Source of the DNA: an uncultured Hormoscilla sp.
GTDB taxonomy: Bacteria > Cyanobacteriota > Cyanobacteriia > Cyanobacteriales > Desertifilaceae
Direction: 5' to 3'
DNA length: 64,000 nucleotides
NCBI GenBank assembly: GCA_963921275.4
Contig: OZ001293.3
Location: 6,464,001 to 6,528,000 of the forward strand
The notes beneath the pieces were generated by a model, which was not told the origin of the DNA, made no database searches, and saw only the letters and a list, made by a program, of their open reading frames with translations. Made by a program: the position numbers and the translations under genes. This document shows, one piece after another, positions 22,641 to 34,063 of this stretch; position 1 is the first letter of the stretch; each line of letters starts with the position of its first letter.

Positions 22641-22748
22641 CGTGGGCGTAAGATTGACTTGATAAATCAGTAATAATTGTGATAATATCTTTTCATCCAG
22701 CTGACTGGTGGTTCACCGGCAAGAGTTGGGGAATGGGGTGCCAGCCTA

Positions 22749-24614
22749 TTGATTTTGTTTCCATTGTCGCCAAAACTACTAATGGGTAAAACACGAACCT
22801 TGAGCGATCGCCTGCTACTCCAGAGTCGGCATCAACTATTAGAAGCCATGAAAAATCAAGTGCAAGGGCGTCTAGAGCAGTCCTTGCATCGCGCAGTACT
22901 GAAGGATCTCGTGAGAGATCGGCAAGCAGAACCGCTCCGAAGGGATATTAATATCAAGATTGGAGGTAGTCCTACTTTTCAGTTGCCGCCAGAGACAAGT
23001 CTGAGGGAAATATTCGACCAGAACAAGGGTGTCTGGCTGATTTTGGGGTTGCCAGGAGCTGGTAAAACCACGACCCTGCTAGAACTCGCTCAGGAACTGA
23101 TCGCAAATGCCCAAAGGAACCAACCCGTGCCAGTTTTATTCGACCTTTCAACTTGGCAAGGGGAGCCACTTGCCGACTGGTTGGTGAGACAACTTGAATT
23201 CAATTATAGCCTGCAAGTGAAGATTGGCAGAATGTGGCTGGATAATGGTCAGTTGCTGCTGCTATTGGATGGGCTAGAACGACTAGAGTTAGAGCGTCAA
23301 GAACAATGTATTGAGGCGATAAATCAGCTGCTGGAGAATGTTTCCGAACCGCTCAATATGATAGCTTGTTCTTGTCTGGAGGAGTCTAAATGCTGCAAAA
23401 ATAAGCTGCGATTAAATGGGGCGGCTTGGTTGCAACCCCTGAAAGATACTCAAATTAGAGACTATTTGGTCAGTGCTAGCAGTCGGGAACTTTGGCAGTG
23501 CATCTATAATGAACCGCAGTTGTTGGCCTTAGCAAAAACCCCGCTACTGCTGAGCGTGATGACCCTCGCAGATGAGGAAATTTTAATTCATTCCTGGAGG
23601 CGCATTACTTCCGATCTCGAACGGCATCAATACTTGTTGAATGCCTATATGCGTCGGATGTTGACAGTCCAGATTAACCAAGGGTGGTATGGGAGAGGTA
23701 AACAGCCGCGCCCAGAGTTAACTAGGCATTGGCTGATTTGGCTGGCAAACAGGATGAAACAGGAGAATTTAAGCGAGTTTTTGATTGAGAAAATGCCACC
23801 TACTTGGTTGCCAAATTCCACGCAAAGGCGAATTTATCGGCTGGGGGTGGGGGCGATCGGCGGGCTGACGATCGGGCTAATTACGGGAGTATCGGTCGGG
23901 CTGGTAACTGCTAATATAACTCAGGTGTCGATCGCGGGGATAAGCGCTGGCCTGCTGGCTAGCCTGTTGGCTGGGATGATGTCAAAACCGGAGAAAATTG
24001 TCATGAGCGATCGGGCGATATGGCCGGGAGTTCAGCTATGGCAGCGGTTGATTAATTTGCCCGGTTGCAAGTGGATTTTGGTGCTGGTGACGGGGCTAAT
24101 TTTGGGAAGTGTTTTGGGGTTAGGGCTGCGTTTCGGGCTCAGGACGGGGTTAGTTGCTGTTCCGGTCGTGGGGTTGGCAAGCCTAATTTTAGGGCAGATA
24201 ATGAGATTGACTATTCCTAATATTGGGGGCAGAACTTTTCCTAATCAGGGTATCAAGCATTCAGCAATTATATCTGGAGTAGTGGCGCCAACTGTGGGGT
24301 TGCTAGCTGGGGGAGTTGCGGGACTGTCGCGGGGATATTTTAGCAGTGGGAGTCATGGTTGGTTGGCGGGGTTAGTGGCGGGACTGGTAAGTTGGTTGGC
24401 GATCGCCCTTTATCCAGGTTTAGCTTGTATACAACATTTGATGCTGCGGTTATTGCTATATCGGAGTGGAGCAATACCCTGGAATTATGGGCGCTTTCTC
24501 AATTATGCTACAAGCAGATTGCTGTTGCAACGATGGGGTGGGCGCTATCAGTTCAGGCATGATTTGCTGCAAGAGCATTTCGCGCAACTGGAAGAGTTGA
24601 ATATTCGTTTTTAG
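22749..24614 (+). CDS. NACHT-domain NTPase with C-terminal Gly-rich transmembrane region
   Basis: LILGLPGAGKTT Walker A, LLLLDGLE Walker B, IPWNY..FL..A..LLLQR.GG.YQF.H.LLQEHFA tail. Confidence 0.9.
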   Translation: MILFPLSPKLLMGKTRTLSDRLLLQSRHQLLEAMKNQVQGRLEQSLHRAVLKDLVRDRQAEPLRRDINIKIGGSPTFQLPPETSLREIFDQNKGVWLILGLPGAGKTTTLLELAQELIANAQRNQPVPVLFDLSTWQGEPLADWLVRQLEFNYSLQVKIGRMWLDNGQLLLLLDGLERLELERQEQCIEAINQLLENVSEPLNMIACSCLEESKCCKNKLRLNGAAWLQPLKDTQIRDYLVSASSRELWQCIYNEPQLLALAKTPLLLSVMTLADEEILIHSWRRITSDLERHQYLLNAYMRRMLTVQINQGWYGRGKQPRPELTRHWLIWLANRMKQENLSEFLIEKMPPTWLPNSTQRRIYRLGVGAIGGLTIGLITGVSVGLVTANITQVSIAGISAGLLASLLAGMMSKPEKIVMSDRAIWPGVQLWQRLINLPGCKWILVLVTGLILGSVLGLGLRFGLRTGLVAVPVVGLASLILGQIMRLTIPNIGGRTFPNQGIKHSAIISGVVAPTVGLLAGGVAGLSRGYFSSGSHGWLAGLVAGLVSWLAIALYPGLACIQHLMLRLLLYRSGAIPWNYGRFLNYATSRLLLQRWGGRYQFRHDLLQEHFAQLEELNIRF

Positions 24615-24984
24615 TAAGCACGAAGCGTGCTTCCGGGTTCTCTCGTTCCCTGCCCTGTGTCCCCCGGGTAGTGCGACTACCCGGGGGACACAGCCAGAGT
24701 CAGGGAACGTTCATCGGAGGCTCTGCCTCCAAAGTAAATCAACAACGAGTGTTTAATCTTCTCGCAGGAGGCATCCGCCTCGAAGGGATGTTTCGTTCCC
24801 TGTGTCTCGCAGGGAACGAGTGTAATTAGCTGAGGAGTTTCTTTATCTAACATAGCTGTAGGTTTTCCGATCGAGTTCTGCCAGCATCCTAGCTAATTTA
24901 GTACTCGCGAGATTTGGTAGCATCAATTCCCAGCCAACGGCGAATTTATCTTTGTCTCCCAAGTGGCGATAGCCCTAATATATG

Positions 24985-25658
24985 TAACTGGTAAGTAAAG
25001 CTATCTTCATTATCGTCGTCAGTAGTGGAGAAAGTCCCTACAACGCTACCCAATGTAGAGTTTTCATCGATGCTGCCGCTGCTGAAGTTGATGTCGGTAG
25101 GAGGCTCGGCAACATTGTTGATGCCAATAGCCAAGGCCTCCGAGTAACTGGCCCCAGTCTCGTCGGTAGTCTGGACGCGGATGCGCCGTTGCCGCCGTTC
25201 TCGCCGGGGCCGCCGTTCATGCCATTATTACGAGGAAAAGAAGTAAAATTAGCATTACCACCCACCCTTCCCGTGCCGCCATTGCCACCCATGGCGCTAT
25301 TATTCTGGAAAGTGCTATCGGTCACCGTGACCGTCCCGTTAAAGACAAACAGGGCACCGCCCATGCCTGCCGCCCCGCCGCCGCCATCGCCTCCCCGGGC
25401 CCGGCCGTTGCTAAAGGTCAGGTTATTGAAATTGACTGTACCGCTTCTGACAAAGAACAGCCGGTATTGGTTGCTGCCATTAATGGTGTTGTTGTTCCCA
25501 TCTATCGTGAGCTGGTCGTCTTCTTCAATAAGGGGTAGCAACCCTGCCAGGGTAATATCTCCCGTGATGTTAATGGTATCTGCCTCACCGTTATTCGCGG
25601 AAGTGGTAATGGCTTGGGATAGTTCTGCTGCTGTGTCTACGTTGTCAAATATAGCCAT
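24985..25658 (-). pseudogene. truncated paralog of the large Gly-rich/cadherin surface protein
   Basis: N-terminus homologous to the gene starting at 59017; deletion at ~25185 joins it out of frame to a cadherin fragment. Confidence 0.85.
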
Positions 25659-25974
25659 AATATCTCCTGATGTAAGAGATGAACTTTTTTAGGGGTTGGT
25701 CACTAGCGACCTTGAGGGAAGCTAGCTAAAAGCTATCTATAGTAGCATTTCCTGCTTTGTTAGGGAAGGAATTAATTATACTTCATTTTTTGGTTCCTCA
25801 TTGGGAACAGCAAGTTCGCCACAGGTGATAAGTAGTAACCGGTGACGTTTTGGGCCCTCAGAAGGGTGCGGTCATAAATAGTTGATAGCCGGGTGCATCG
25901 ATGATGCATGTAATATAGCCCGCAAGGTCGAACTACGAACTACTTACCAACGGGCGCAAGACCACACCTCCGAT

Positions 25975-26210
25975 TTTACTCCGGCCAAGGAAGTGCTTAC
26001 TCCGGCCAAGGAGGTGCTTACTCCGGCCAAGGAGTTACTCAACTGCCTTTCGGTAATCTTGTCTCACGTCAAAGCAAAAGGTTGTGACGCCACCGAATGA
26101 CTCTCGTACTCGGTGGAATGATTCAGTTACTCCTGGAAATGAACAGTTACTCCTGGAAATGACTGAGTTTTCCCGGGAATAACTGAGTGACTCAGTTATT
26201 CCCGGATAAA
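25975..26210. repeat. ~21-nt tandem repeat arrays
   Basis: TTACTCCGGCCAAGGA(A/G)GTGC x3; CAGTTACTCCTGGAAATGA x2 plus degenerate units. Confidence 0.8.
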
Positions 26211-26599
26211 ATATCTCCATTGTTAAGGGGCGTGAGCGCAGGCTGCGACCTTGGAGGCCAATGCCATTTAGGGAGAAAGCCCAGAGTCGGCTGAGATGTC
26301 TAAAGGGCGCACTACTCGTATTGCCCTTACGACATAGACATTTTGTCCCGTCAAGTGATGGGTGCGGCTCAAAAGTAGTTGAATTAGTAGAGCAATTTTG
26401 GTCATCTTTTTTTACGTCGAGCATAGCTTCGATGTCTCCGGAGAGCTTTCGGTGTCCGTCATTAAGCCCGCGCCGGCGAGTATGGAATGTGTAGCCGGAC
26501 CATGCACGGGTTCGCGATCAATCAAATCTCAATTCTGACGCGCACCTTCAAATTAGTTAAGCCAAAAACTTGTTTACTATCTGACTCATCCAGGCGGTA

Positions 26600-26773
26600 A
26601 GTAATGTTGTTGTTCCCATGTATCGTGAGTTGGACGTCCTCTTCAATAAGGGGTAGCAACCCCGTCAGGGTAATATCTCCCGTGATGTTAATGGTATCTG
26701 CCTGACCGTTATTACTGGAAGTGGTAATGGCTTGGGATAGTTGTGCTGGTGTGTTGACGTCAAATTGAGCCAT
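26600..26773 (-). pseudogene. N-terminal stub of a third paralog of the same surface-protein family
   Basis: MAQFDVNTPAQLSQAITTSSNNGQADTINITGDITL; upstream ~100 nt shared with the 25658 copy. Confidence 0.8.
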
Positions 26774-27112
26774 TCCGATCTCCTAATGATGAGGATGAAC
26801 TTTAGGAGGGGTTGGTCACTGGCGACCTTGAGGGAAGCTAGCTTTTAGCCATCTATAGTAGCATTTCCTGCTTTAACTACAGTCATTAAAACATATTTTA
26901 CGGAAATTATCATCAATTATTTGCTACTATACTGTCGGAGTTGGGTATCTCTCAATTTAACCCATATTTCGCAACCTCATACCCCAGCAGGTTTCCTACG
27001 ACGCTGGCTTTCTTCGTCTACGATTCGTCTACGAAATGAATCACTTGCTGAAAAGCGGTCTTTTATATCTACCCGTCCTATTTGTTTCACGCTTCCCATA
27101 CATAGAGTCCCC

Positions 27113-27272
27113 CGAGTACGAATCTTCCGTGCCTGAGCACGAATCTTCCGTGCCCGAGCACAGGTGACATCATCGTTGTCATCGTCATAGGTATAGGTTC
27201 CTCAACCGAGAGGTTTCAAACCCCAACCGAGAGGTTTCAAACCCTAACTGAGAGGTTTCAAACCTCAACCGA
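27113..27272. repeat. 21-nt tandem repeat arrays
   Basis: GAG(T/C)ACGAATCTTCCGTGCC x2; CAACCGAGAGGTTTCAAA x3. Confidence 0.8.
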
Positions 27273-27958
27273 TCGGCACCGGTTAGCAGCTAGTATAGTG
27301 CCGGTTGAGGTAAAAGTACCCTCCCTAGAACGGGTGCTGCCTGGGTGTGGTCTCTGACCGCACCTGTAAGCTACCCTTCACTTGTTGGTATTGAAATCGA
27401 ATCTGCAATATCTCCGCTAATTCCTCTACTCCTACGTCACTCATCGCGGGCCTCTTGTTAAAACAATTATCACCGGGTGCATTCATCCCCAGCCACTGTA
27501 TCCTTGACAATCTGGTAATCTTGATTACCATCACTTGTGGCGAGATTTATTGCGATCGCGAGACAGTTTTACCGCATCTGGTCTTCTCCGGGCAGGCGAG
27601 AGTACAGGATTTTGTCAACAGCGAGCCGTACTTGACACTGTGTCGCTTAGCCCAGGTATTTAGCGAAACCGCAGAGGTAAATAATGGACCGGCCCGGACA
27701 GTGGGCTTGCTGCTGAAGATAGTGCTGATCTGCCGCAAGGTGAAGCCATACCTGGAAAAGCGACTGGCGCTTTTGTACAATCACTACGAGTCCTGTACCC
27801 GAGATGCAGTACAGTGGTTAATCGAAGCCTTTGAACATGTGAATCTGGCTTTGAGTGCCAACTTTGGTGCTGTCGATCTGTCTCTGATTACCCCTAAGTC
27901 AGCCGTTGGGATTAGCATGGAGATGGTAGATATTCTAGGTAAAAACCACCTCCAGCCC

Positions 27959-29398
27959 ATGAGTTCAACCGATCTCGATCGAGAACTAGACAGTACCATT
28001 TCTAGCTTTGCACAAATGCAGGCAGATCTAAACTACTTCCACGCCCAAGATGCTTTGCGCTCTCTAGTGGCCTCTCTTGATTTGACTCAGCGGGAGCGAT
28101 CGGGACTGGAGTCGCAAATCGAAAGTCTGGAAGCCATGCTGGACAAGTTAGAGCGCAGTTGCGTGTATATTGCTGTATTTGGCATTGTCGGACGAGGTAA
28201 ATCTTCAGTCCTGAACGCTCTCCTGGGTGAAAATTTGTTTACAACCGGTCCCACTCACGGCGTCACTCGTGCCATTAACCGGGCGGATTGGACAGTTAAC
28301 CTCCAACCGGTACCAGGGGACTGGTCCGATATTGTCCGAGTCACGCTACAAAGTCAAGGACAATCTCAGGTGCAGTTGATAGATACCCCTGGAATAGATG
28401 AGGTAAAGGGTGAAGAACGAGCGGCCTTGGCCCGTCAGGTGGCGAAACAGGCAGATCTGATTCTGTTTATTGTGGCTGGTGATATTACTAAGGTAGAGTA
28501 CGAGGCCCTCTCAGAATTGCGATCGGCCAGTAAACCAATTGTACTGGTGTTTAATAAGATTGACCAATATCCGGATGCTGACCGGATGGCAATTTATCAC
28601 AAGATTCGGGATGAACGGGTGCGTGAGTTGCTATCCCCCGATGAAATTGTGATGGCCTCGGCGTCACCGTTGGTGGCCCAGGCGCTGAAGCGCCTAGATG
28701 GCAGTATGGGGGTGCAGCTGACTCGCGGTAAACCCCAGATAGATGATTTGAAGCTGAAAATTCTGGAGATTTTAGACCGAGAAGGTAAGTCTCTGGTGGC
28801 CCTGAATACTATGCTCTATGCAGATGAAGTGAATGATCAGTTGGTGCAGCGGAAGATGACCATTCGGGAGGCGAACGCTAATCAGATTATCTGGAATGGA
28901 GTGATGGTCAAAGCTCTCGCGATCGCCCTCAACCCGGTAACAGTCCTAGACATCCTCAGTTCTGCCACCATTGACATTGTCATGATTCTCACCTTATCCA
29001 AACTTTATGGTATTAACATGACCCAGAAGGGAGCCATTAATCTACTGCAAAAGATTGCCTTGACAATGGGAGGAATTAGTGCCAGCGAACTATTAGCTTC
29101 CTTAGGACTAAGTGGGCTGAAAGGGTTATTAGGAATAGCTGCACCTGCCACGGGTGGCGCATCTTTGGCTCCCTATCTGTCAGTGGCGATCGCCCAAGCG
29201 GGGGTAGCGGGGGTTTCCTCCTATGGCATCGGACAGGTGACCAAAGTTTATTTAGCTAATGGTGCAGCATGGGGGCCCGATGGTCCCAAAGCAGTTGTGA
29301 ACCGCATTCTCGCTTCTTTGGATGAAACGTCAATCTTGAGTCGGATCAAAGATGAATTGCGGTCTAAATTAGATTGGCGATCAGGAGCATCTCAATGA
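27959..29398 (+). CDS. Era-like GTP-binding protein with DUF697-type C-terminus
   Basis: G1 FGIVGRGKSS, G3 DTPG, G4 NKID; the ORF is open upstream to 27455. Confidence 0.9.
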   Translation: MSSTDLDRELDSTISSFAQMQADLNYFHAQDALRSLVASLDLTQRERSGLESQIESLEAMLDKLERSCVYIAVFGIVGRGKSSVLNALLGENLFTTGPTHGVTRAINRADWTVNLQPVPGDWSDIVRVTLQSQGQSQVQLIDTPGIDEVKGEERAALARQVAKQADLILFIVAGDITKVEYEALSELRSASKPIVLVFNKIDQYPDADRMAIYHKIRDERVRELLSPDEIVMASASPLVAQALKRLDGSMGVQLTRGKPQIDDLKLKILEILDREGKSLVALNTMLYADEVNDQLVQRKMTIREANANQIIWNGVMVKALAIALNPVTVLDILSSATIDIVMILTLSKLYGINMTQKGAINLLQKIALTMGGISASELLASLGLSGLKGLLGIAAPATGGASLAPYLSVAIAQAGVAGVSSYGIGQVTKVYLANGAAWGPDGPKAVVNRILASLDETSILSRIKDELRSKLDWRSGASQ

Positions 29399-29560
29399 AA
29401 GAAGAATTAAGAAACCCGGTTTCGCCGAAGTTACCAGGTTTCTGGGTTACTGAATTGATCTTGACAACCTCGGCACAGGGGAGTTATAATAAATTTGGAG
29501 CGAAAGCAGATGTAATGTTATGCTCCATAACAGAGATAGAAATAATTGAGGCAATAGGTT

Positions 29561-29785
29561 ATGACTCTAGATCAACTTGAAGCAGAAGTTCTTGCTCTCC
29601 CAAAAGATTCTCTTGTCAAACTACTTGCTCGACTGATTGAGCAGTTGGACCAACTTAGTGACATCGATCAGCAGATAGCATAACTGGGTCGAAGAAGCTG
29701 AAGCACGCGATCATGAGATGGCTACTGGCAAAGTTATCGGTCGTCCCGCTAATGAGGTTTTTCAACGGCTGCGCGGATATTTAAA
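29561..29785 (+). pseudogene. addiction-module antitoxin, disrupted
   Basis: MTLDQLEAEVLALP..WVEEAEARD pattern with an internal stop. Confidence 0.7.
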
Positions 29786-30083
29786 ATGAAAACAGTTGAA
29801 TTTAATCCATTGGCAGACAAAGAATTGACAGATGCTGTTGTCTACTACGAAGAACAAGAAGCAGGTCTGGGATTAGAGTTTATGGAGGCAGTGGAACAAG
29901 CAGTTAACGTAACTGATGCGCTATCCAGCAATAGGTTTAAAAGTTGGAGCTTCTATTCGTCGCTTAGTACTGCAAAGATTCCCATACTTGCTACTGTATC
30001 GCATTTTATCAGATGAAGGTATCCGTATTTTAGCAGTAGCGCATCATCAGCGAAAACCTCAGTACTGGCTCGATCGCGAGTAG
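29786..30083 (+). pseudogene. ParE/RelE-family toxin, frameshifted
   Basis: EFNPLADKEL..YYEEQEAGLGLEF, then RFPY..ILAVAH..RKPQYW in another frame. Confidence 0.8.
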
Positions 30084-30536
30084 CAATCTCTGTAGAATGG
30101 TCTACTATAATATTAAGGAATTATGTAGGGTGGGCACTGGCTAGGCTGTTCGCTTTGTTCGATGGCTCCGGAAAAAAATCATGCACTTTTTGTGTAAAGT
30201 TATGAGACCGTGGATCGATTTCTCTATATGAATTGTAGGCGATCGCGTCGAGCACGATACGGTCCTGAACGATCTGGCCCGAAAAAGGCGAGCGCAATAT
30301 TCACCCGGTAGCACTGCCCACCGTGCCCACCGTAACGAGAACCGGTAGCGTATCAGCATTTGCGGACTAGACTGTTCTAGATCGAACAACCTGTTTTCTG
30401 GGCTACTTATAGTTTCACAAAAACATTACCGAGAGGTAGTTTACAGAGGAGTAAAAAATACTGCCGCTTTGTCAATCACAGACCTAAGTAATCTATAATA
30501 GAGGTATGGCAAGATATTCAAACAGGTGCAGGTAAA

Positions 30537-31313
30537 ATGGATTGGCAAGAAATTGCAGATAACTGGGTATTAATTCCCCGTCATCCGATCGGGATAGTAC
30601 ATTTTCTTGGAGGTGCCTTCGCCGCCCCAGCTCCCCAACTCACCTATCGCTGGTTACTGGAAGCCCTGGCCCAAAAGCGACATCTGGTAGTGGCGACGCC
30701 CTTTGTGCAGACACTGAACCATAACGCGATCGCCCTTGAAGTCCTCAAAGCCTTTGAGACAACCACCGAACGCTTACAAAAATCAGCCACGTTATCGAAA
30801 GCCTATCTTCCCATCTACGGAGTCGGACACAGCCTGGGTTCCAAGCTGCATCTGCTCATTGGTAGCCTATTTGAGGTATCTCGTGCGGGGAATATCCTCA
30901 TGTCCTATAATAATCACCCCGCCCGTCGCGCTATCCCCTTGGTCGAGCAACTCAACTTAACCCCAGCTTTCAATATCGAGTTTACTCCAACACCGGTAGA
31001 AACTAACCAGCTAATCGCTCAAGAGTACAGCATCGGCCGCAATTTGCTGATAAAATTCCAGAACGATGATATTGACCAAACAGCTAGCTTAATGGACCTC
31101 TTGCAAAAACGCTTTGGCAGTATGGTTGCCAGTCTGACCTTACCCGGAACCCATGTAACACCTTTAGGGCAAGATGTCAACTGGCAAGCGGGAAGAGAAT
31201 TTACGCCGCTGGATGCGGTAGGCCAGTGGGTAAAGCAAGAATTCTTATATAAAGAGTTAAATCAGCTCTTGCGGGAAATGAGCCGCTGGCTAAATCCCGT
31301 TTTACCTGTTTGA
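30537..31313 (+). CDS. DUF1350 family alpha/beta-hydrolase-like protein
   Basis: HFLGGAF..PQLTYR, GVGHSLG, NLLIKF..DDIDQ, LPGTHVTP. Confidence 0.88.
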   Translation: MDWQEIADNWVLIPRHPIGIVHFLGGAFAAPAPQLTYRWLLEALAQKRHLVVATPFVQTLNHNAIALEVLKAFETTTERLQKSATLSKAYLPIYGVGHSLGSKLHLLIGSLFEVSRAGNILMSYNNHPARRAIPLVEQLNLTPAFNIEFTPTPVETNQLIAQEYSIGRNLLIKFQNDDIDQTASLMDLLQKRFGSMVASLTLPGTHVTPLGQDVNWQAGREFTPLDAVGQWVKQEFLYKELNQLLREMSRWLNPVLPV

Positions 31314-31509
31314 TCGGAATTAGTCAAGTGGTCAGCAGCGCAGGACACGCAGCCCTGTGTAAGACAGGCGTCACTATCCCTCAGAAGTCAGTGGTATTAC
31401 AGGTAGCTGTGAAATGTTTTGTGCCAACTATGAAGTATGAAGTATGAAGTGTGAAATGTGAAGCGTAAAATTTTATCCTTAGTCCCCCCTGATAGCGTAG
31501 ACAAAAAAA

Positions 31510-32285
31510 TGAGCGATCGCGACAAATCCAAAGAACAGCTAATTGAGGAATTGGCAGCACTGCGCCGAGAAGTAGCCACACTGAAAATCACCAAACAAGC
31601 TTTCGATGCTCAAAATGAGCTAACTACTTCCTTATTAGCAATAAAGCAATCGGCGACTGGATAGCTAATGCTCAGAGCGATACTAATACAGACAGTGCAA
31701 ATTGCTAATAGGCTAACTGGCGCGATCCGCGCTGGGTTACGCTAAAGAATCAACCTTACACCGTTCGCTCTGCACTCTGCGTACCCATTTTTCAAGGTAA
31801 GCTGTTGGTAGGGATTATTACCATGATGCATTCGGTGCCAGAACATTTTACCCTTTCTACGAGCAGTGTAATCCAGATGATTGCTGCACAAATCGCTCTG
31901 GTACTTGACAATACTCGACTCTCGATGCTCCAAAACCAACAGCCAGTTCAAAGAGTAGGAAAAACAGAGTCCCAAGGGTCAAGTAGGGATAAATTATATG
32001 TTCTGGGCATGTACATAATCGATCAGAATGGAAAATTTATGTACAGTAACCCCAAGCAGAGATTTTTGGCTATCCCTTTAGTTCACTTGCCCTCAAGTCA
32101 ATTTTAGATTTTAACACAGCCGATCGCCGGGGAGAACTTGCCGATCAGATCGGTCTCTGTCTTGGGAGTCACGACCAAAATCTTTCGGGCCGCTTCCCAG
32201 GAGAACGTAAAGACCGCAGTATAATTAATGTAGAAATTTATGGCACGACCACAAAATTTTACGGCAGACCTGCTACAATCGGCGT
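31510..32285 (+). pseudogene. GAF/PAS signalling protein remnant
   Basis: MSDRDKSKEQLIEEL start and GIITMMHSVPEHF..AAQIALVLDN GAF end; stops and frameshifts. Confidence 0.6.
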
Positions 32286-32287
32286 TC

Positions 32288-32944
32288 TCAAAGCGGTGTA
32301 ACTTCGGCACGATACAGCAGTTTATCACCATGACGGTAGCCTGGAACAACTACCTTTACCAGATCCCCTGTTTCTGCCGTCCCCTCTGCTAGCTGGTGCC
32401 ACTGGGGGTCGTAAGGCACTTCTGAACCAATAGGGGCGATCGACTCTACTCCCCATTGTTCCACCAACTGTTGGACAGGTCGTACTAGAGGCAGCAAATT
32501 AACCGCTGGCAACTGGGGATTTTCCCTGGCTTTATCTTCCACGATCGGCCATTGTCGCAACCAAGATTCCAAAACAGCCAAACTCGACTGCTGAAATTCC
32601 AGCATTAATTCTTGCCGTTGGGAAGTTAGCTGTGAAGCCAAGCGCTGATACTCTTGGCTGATTTCACTATTGGCATCGCCGACACCCGCAAAAGTTGCCA
32701 GTAACTCAGTCACTGGCACTTCCAAGGTCTCAGACAGTTGGCAGAAAATTTCCCACCGTAGCCTGGATATTTCGCCTTTCCGCAGGCGTCGCAGCTGCTT
32801 CTCAGGTACACCAGACTTGCGACTGAGGGCCTTAAAGCTAGATACTCCCACCCGCTGCATTAACTGCAAGAGCACTTGGTTATAGGTTGGTTCATTGTCC
32901 TGGGGTGATGGTTCATTGTTGATTGTTGATTCTTCATTGTTCAT
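32288..32944 (-). CDS. HTH domain plus GrpE-like domain protein
   Basis: N-terminal HTH; C-terminal VPYDPQWHQ...VVVPGY..GDKLLYRAEV. Confidence 0.85.
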   Translation of the reverse strand: MNNEESTINNEPSPQDNEPTYNQVLLQLMQRVGVSSFKALSRKSGVPEKQLRRLRKGEISRLRWEIFCQLSETLEVPVTELLATFAGVGDANSEISQEYQRLASQLTSQRQELMLEFQQSSLAVLESWLRQWPIVEDKARENPQLPAVNLLPLVRPVQQLVEQWGVESIAPIGSEVPYDPQWHQLAEGTAETGDLVKVVVPGYRHGDKLLYRAEVTPL

Positions 32945-33022
32945 TGTTCATCGGATGATGTATGGCTCATGGAATGCCTTTCACCATGCATCATTAACTA
33001 TTAACAACTGAGGTAGGTTTAA

Positions 33023-33565
33023 TCAGACCTTGACTTTTTCGGGAGTAGCTGCTACGGACGCTCCTTGCAGATGGGCTTCTAAGAACCACAACCGCTTGTC
33101 AATGGTACGAGATATCTCAGTATAAAGGTCAGCAGTGTCCGCGTCACCGAAATCATCCGTAAGGCCGATCGCCTCCCGCAGGTGCTTAGCGTAGGGAGCA
33201 AAACGATCTGCTAAAGCTATCACATGGTCTTTCCCATCCAAGATATCCAAGGGATATTCCGGCAGTATCGACGAGCACGCCACTATCCGAGCCGTTCCCA
33301 TCGCCAGTCCGCCCAGAGCTGCGATCCGCTCGGCTACCATATCTATATACTCTTCCAGTTCACCAGCCATTTCATCAAACATTTCGTGTAGGTGATAGAA
33401 GTCCATTCCTTTGACATTCCAATGGGCTTGCTTGATCTGTGTCTTTAAGTCTAAAGTAGCTGCCAGGGTTTGATTGAGTATGGCGATCGTCCCCGATCTA
33501 GATTCTGCGGGGATATCAAGCCGCGTTGGATACAGACCTTGTTTGTTGTTGTTGTCACTCATCAT
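33023..33565 (-). CDS. dps: DNA starvation/stationary phase protection protein
   Basis: KQAHWNVKG.DFY.LHEMFDE..DMVAERI ferroxidase motifs. Confidence 0.95.
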   Translation of the reverse strand: MMSDNNNKQGLYPTRLDIPAESRSGTIAILNQTLAATLDLKTQIKQAHWNVKGMDFYHLHEMFDEMAGELEEYIDMVAERIAALGGLAMGTARIVACSSILPEYPLDILDGKDHVIALADRFAPYAKHLREAIGLTDDFGDADTADLYTEISRTIDKRLWFLEAHLQGASVAATPEKVKV

Positions 33566-33678
33566 CTCACTCGAGTTTCCAATTGTAACTTGATCTAGTA
33601 TTATCACGCCAGATGCATCCGCCGTACCGAACGGGAGGCGCGGTGGACGCGACAGCGGATGGTTTCTTTGCCCAGACG

Positions 33679-33864
33679 CTAGTGGTCCTCATAGCGGTGA
33701 CAACCAGAAAAATTATAATACTCACCATCCACTTCTAACACATCAATTGGTTCTCGTAATCCTTCCGCTTGAATAGATGCCATCAAAGCTGCCACTTTCG
33801 CCTGATCCGTTTGTCTGGGCAGGGGGCGGCGTATCTGATTTGTGGGTATTTCTGCTATTCTCAT
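33679..33864 (-). pseudogene. sulfiredoxin (ParB/Srx fold), C-terminally truncated
   Basis: IRRPLPR..PIDVLEVDG.YY.FSGCHRY followed by an early stop. Confidence 0.8.
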
Positions 33865-34063
33865 CCTTTGCTTCCTCCCTTCCTTTCTTAATCATAGTCG
33901 TTATGACTTCGATTTTGTGAGAATTTGTCAACAGACCATGACTTATGGGGTAAGGCCCAGAACCAACTTACGGAAAACCTGTCATAACGGAAATAAATCT
34001 CCTCATAGAGCCTTCCGGTTAATCAATGGGGAATAAAGTTATCTTGACTAGCAGTGCTCTTGG

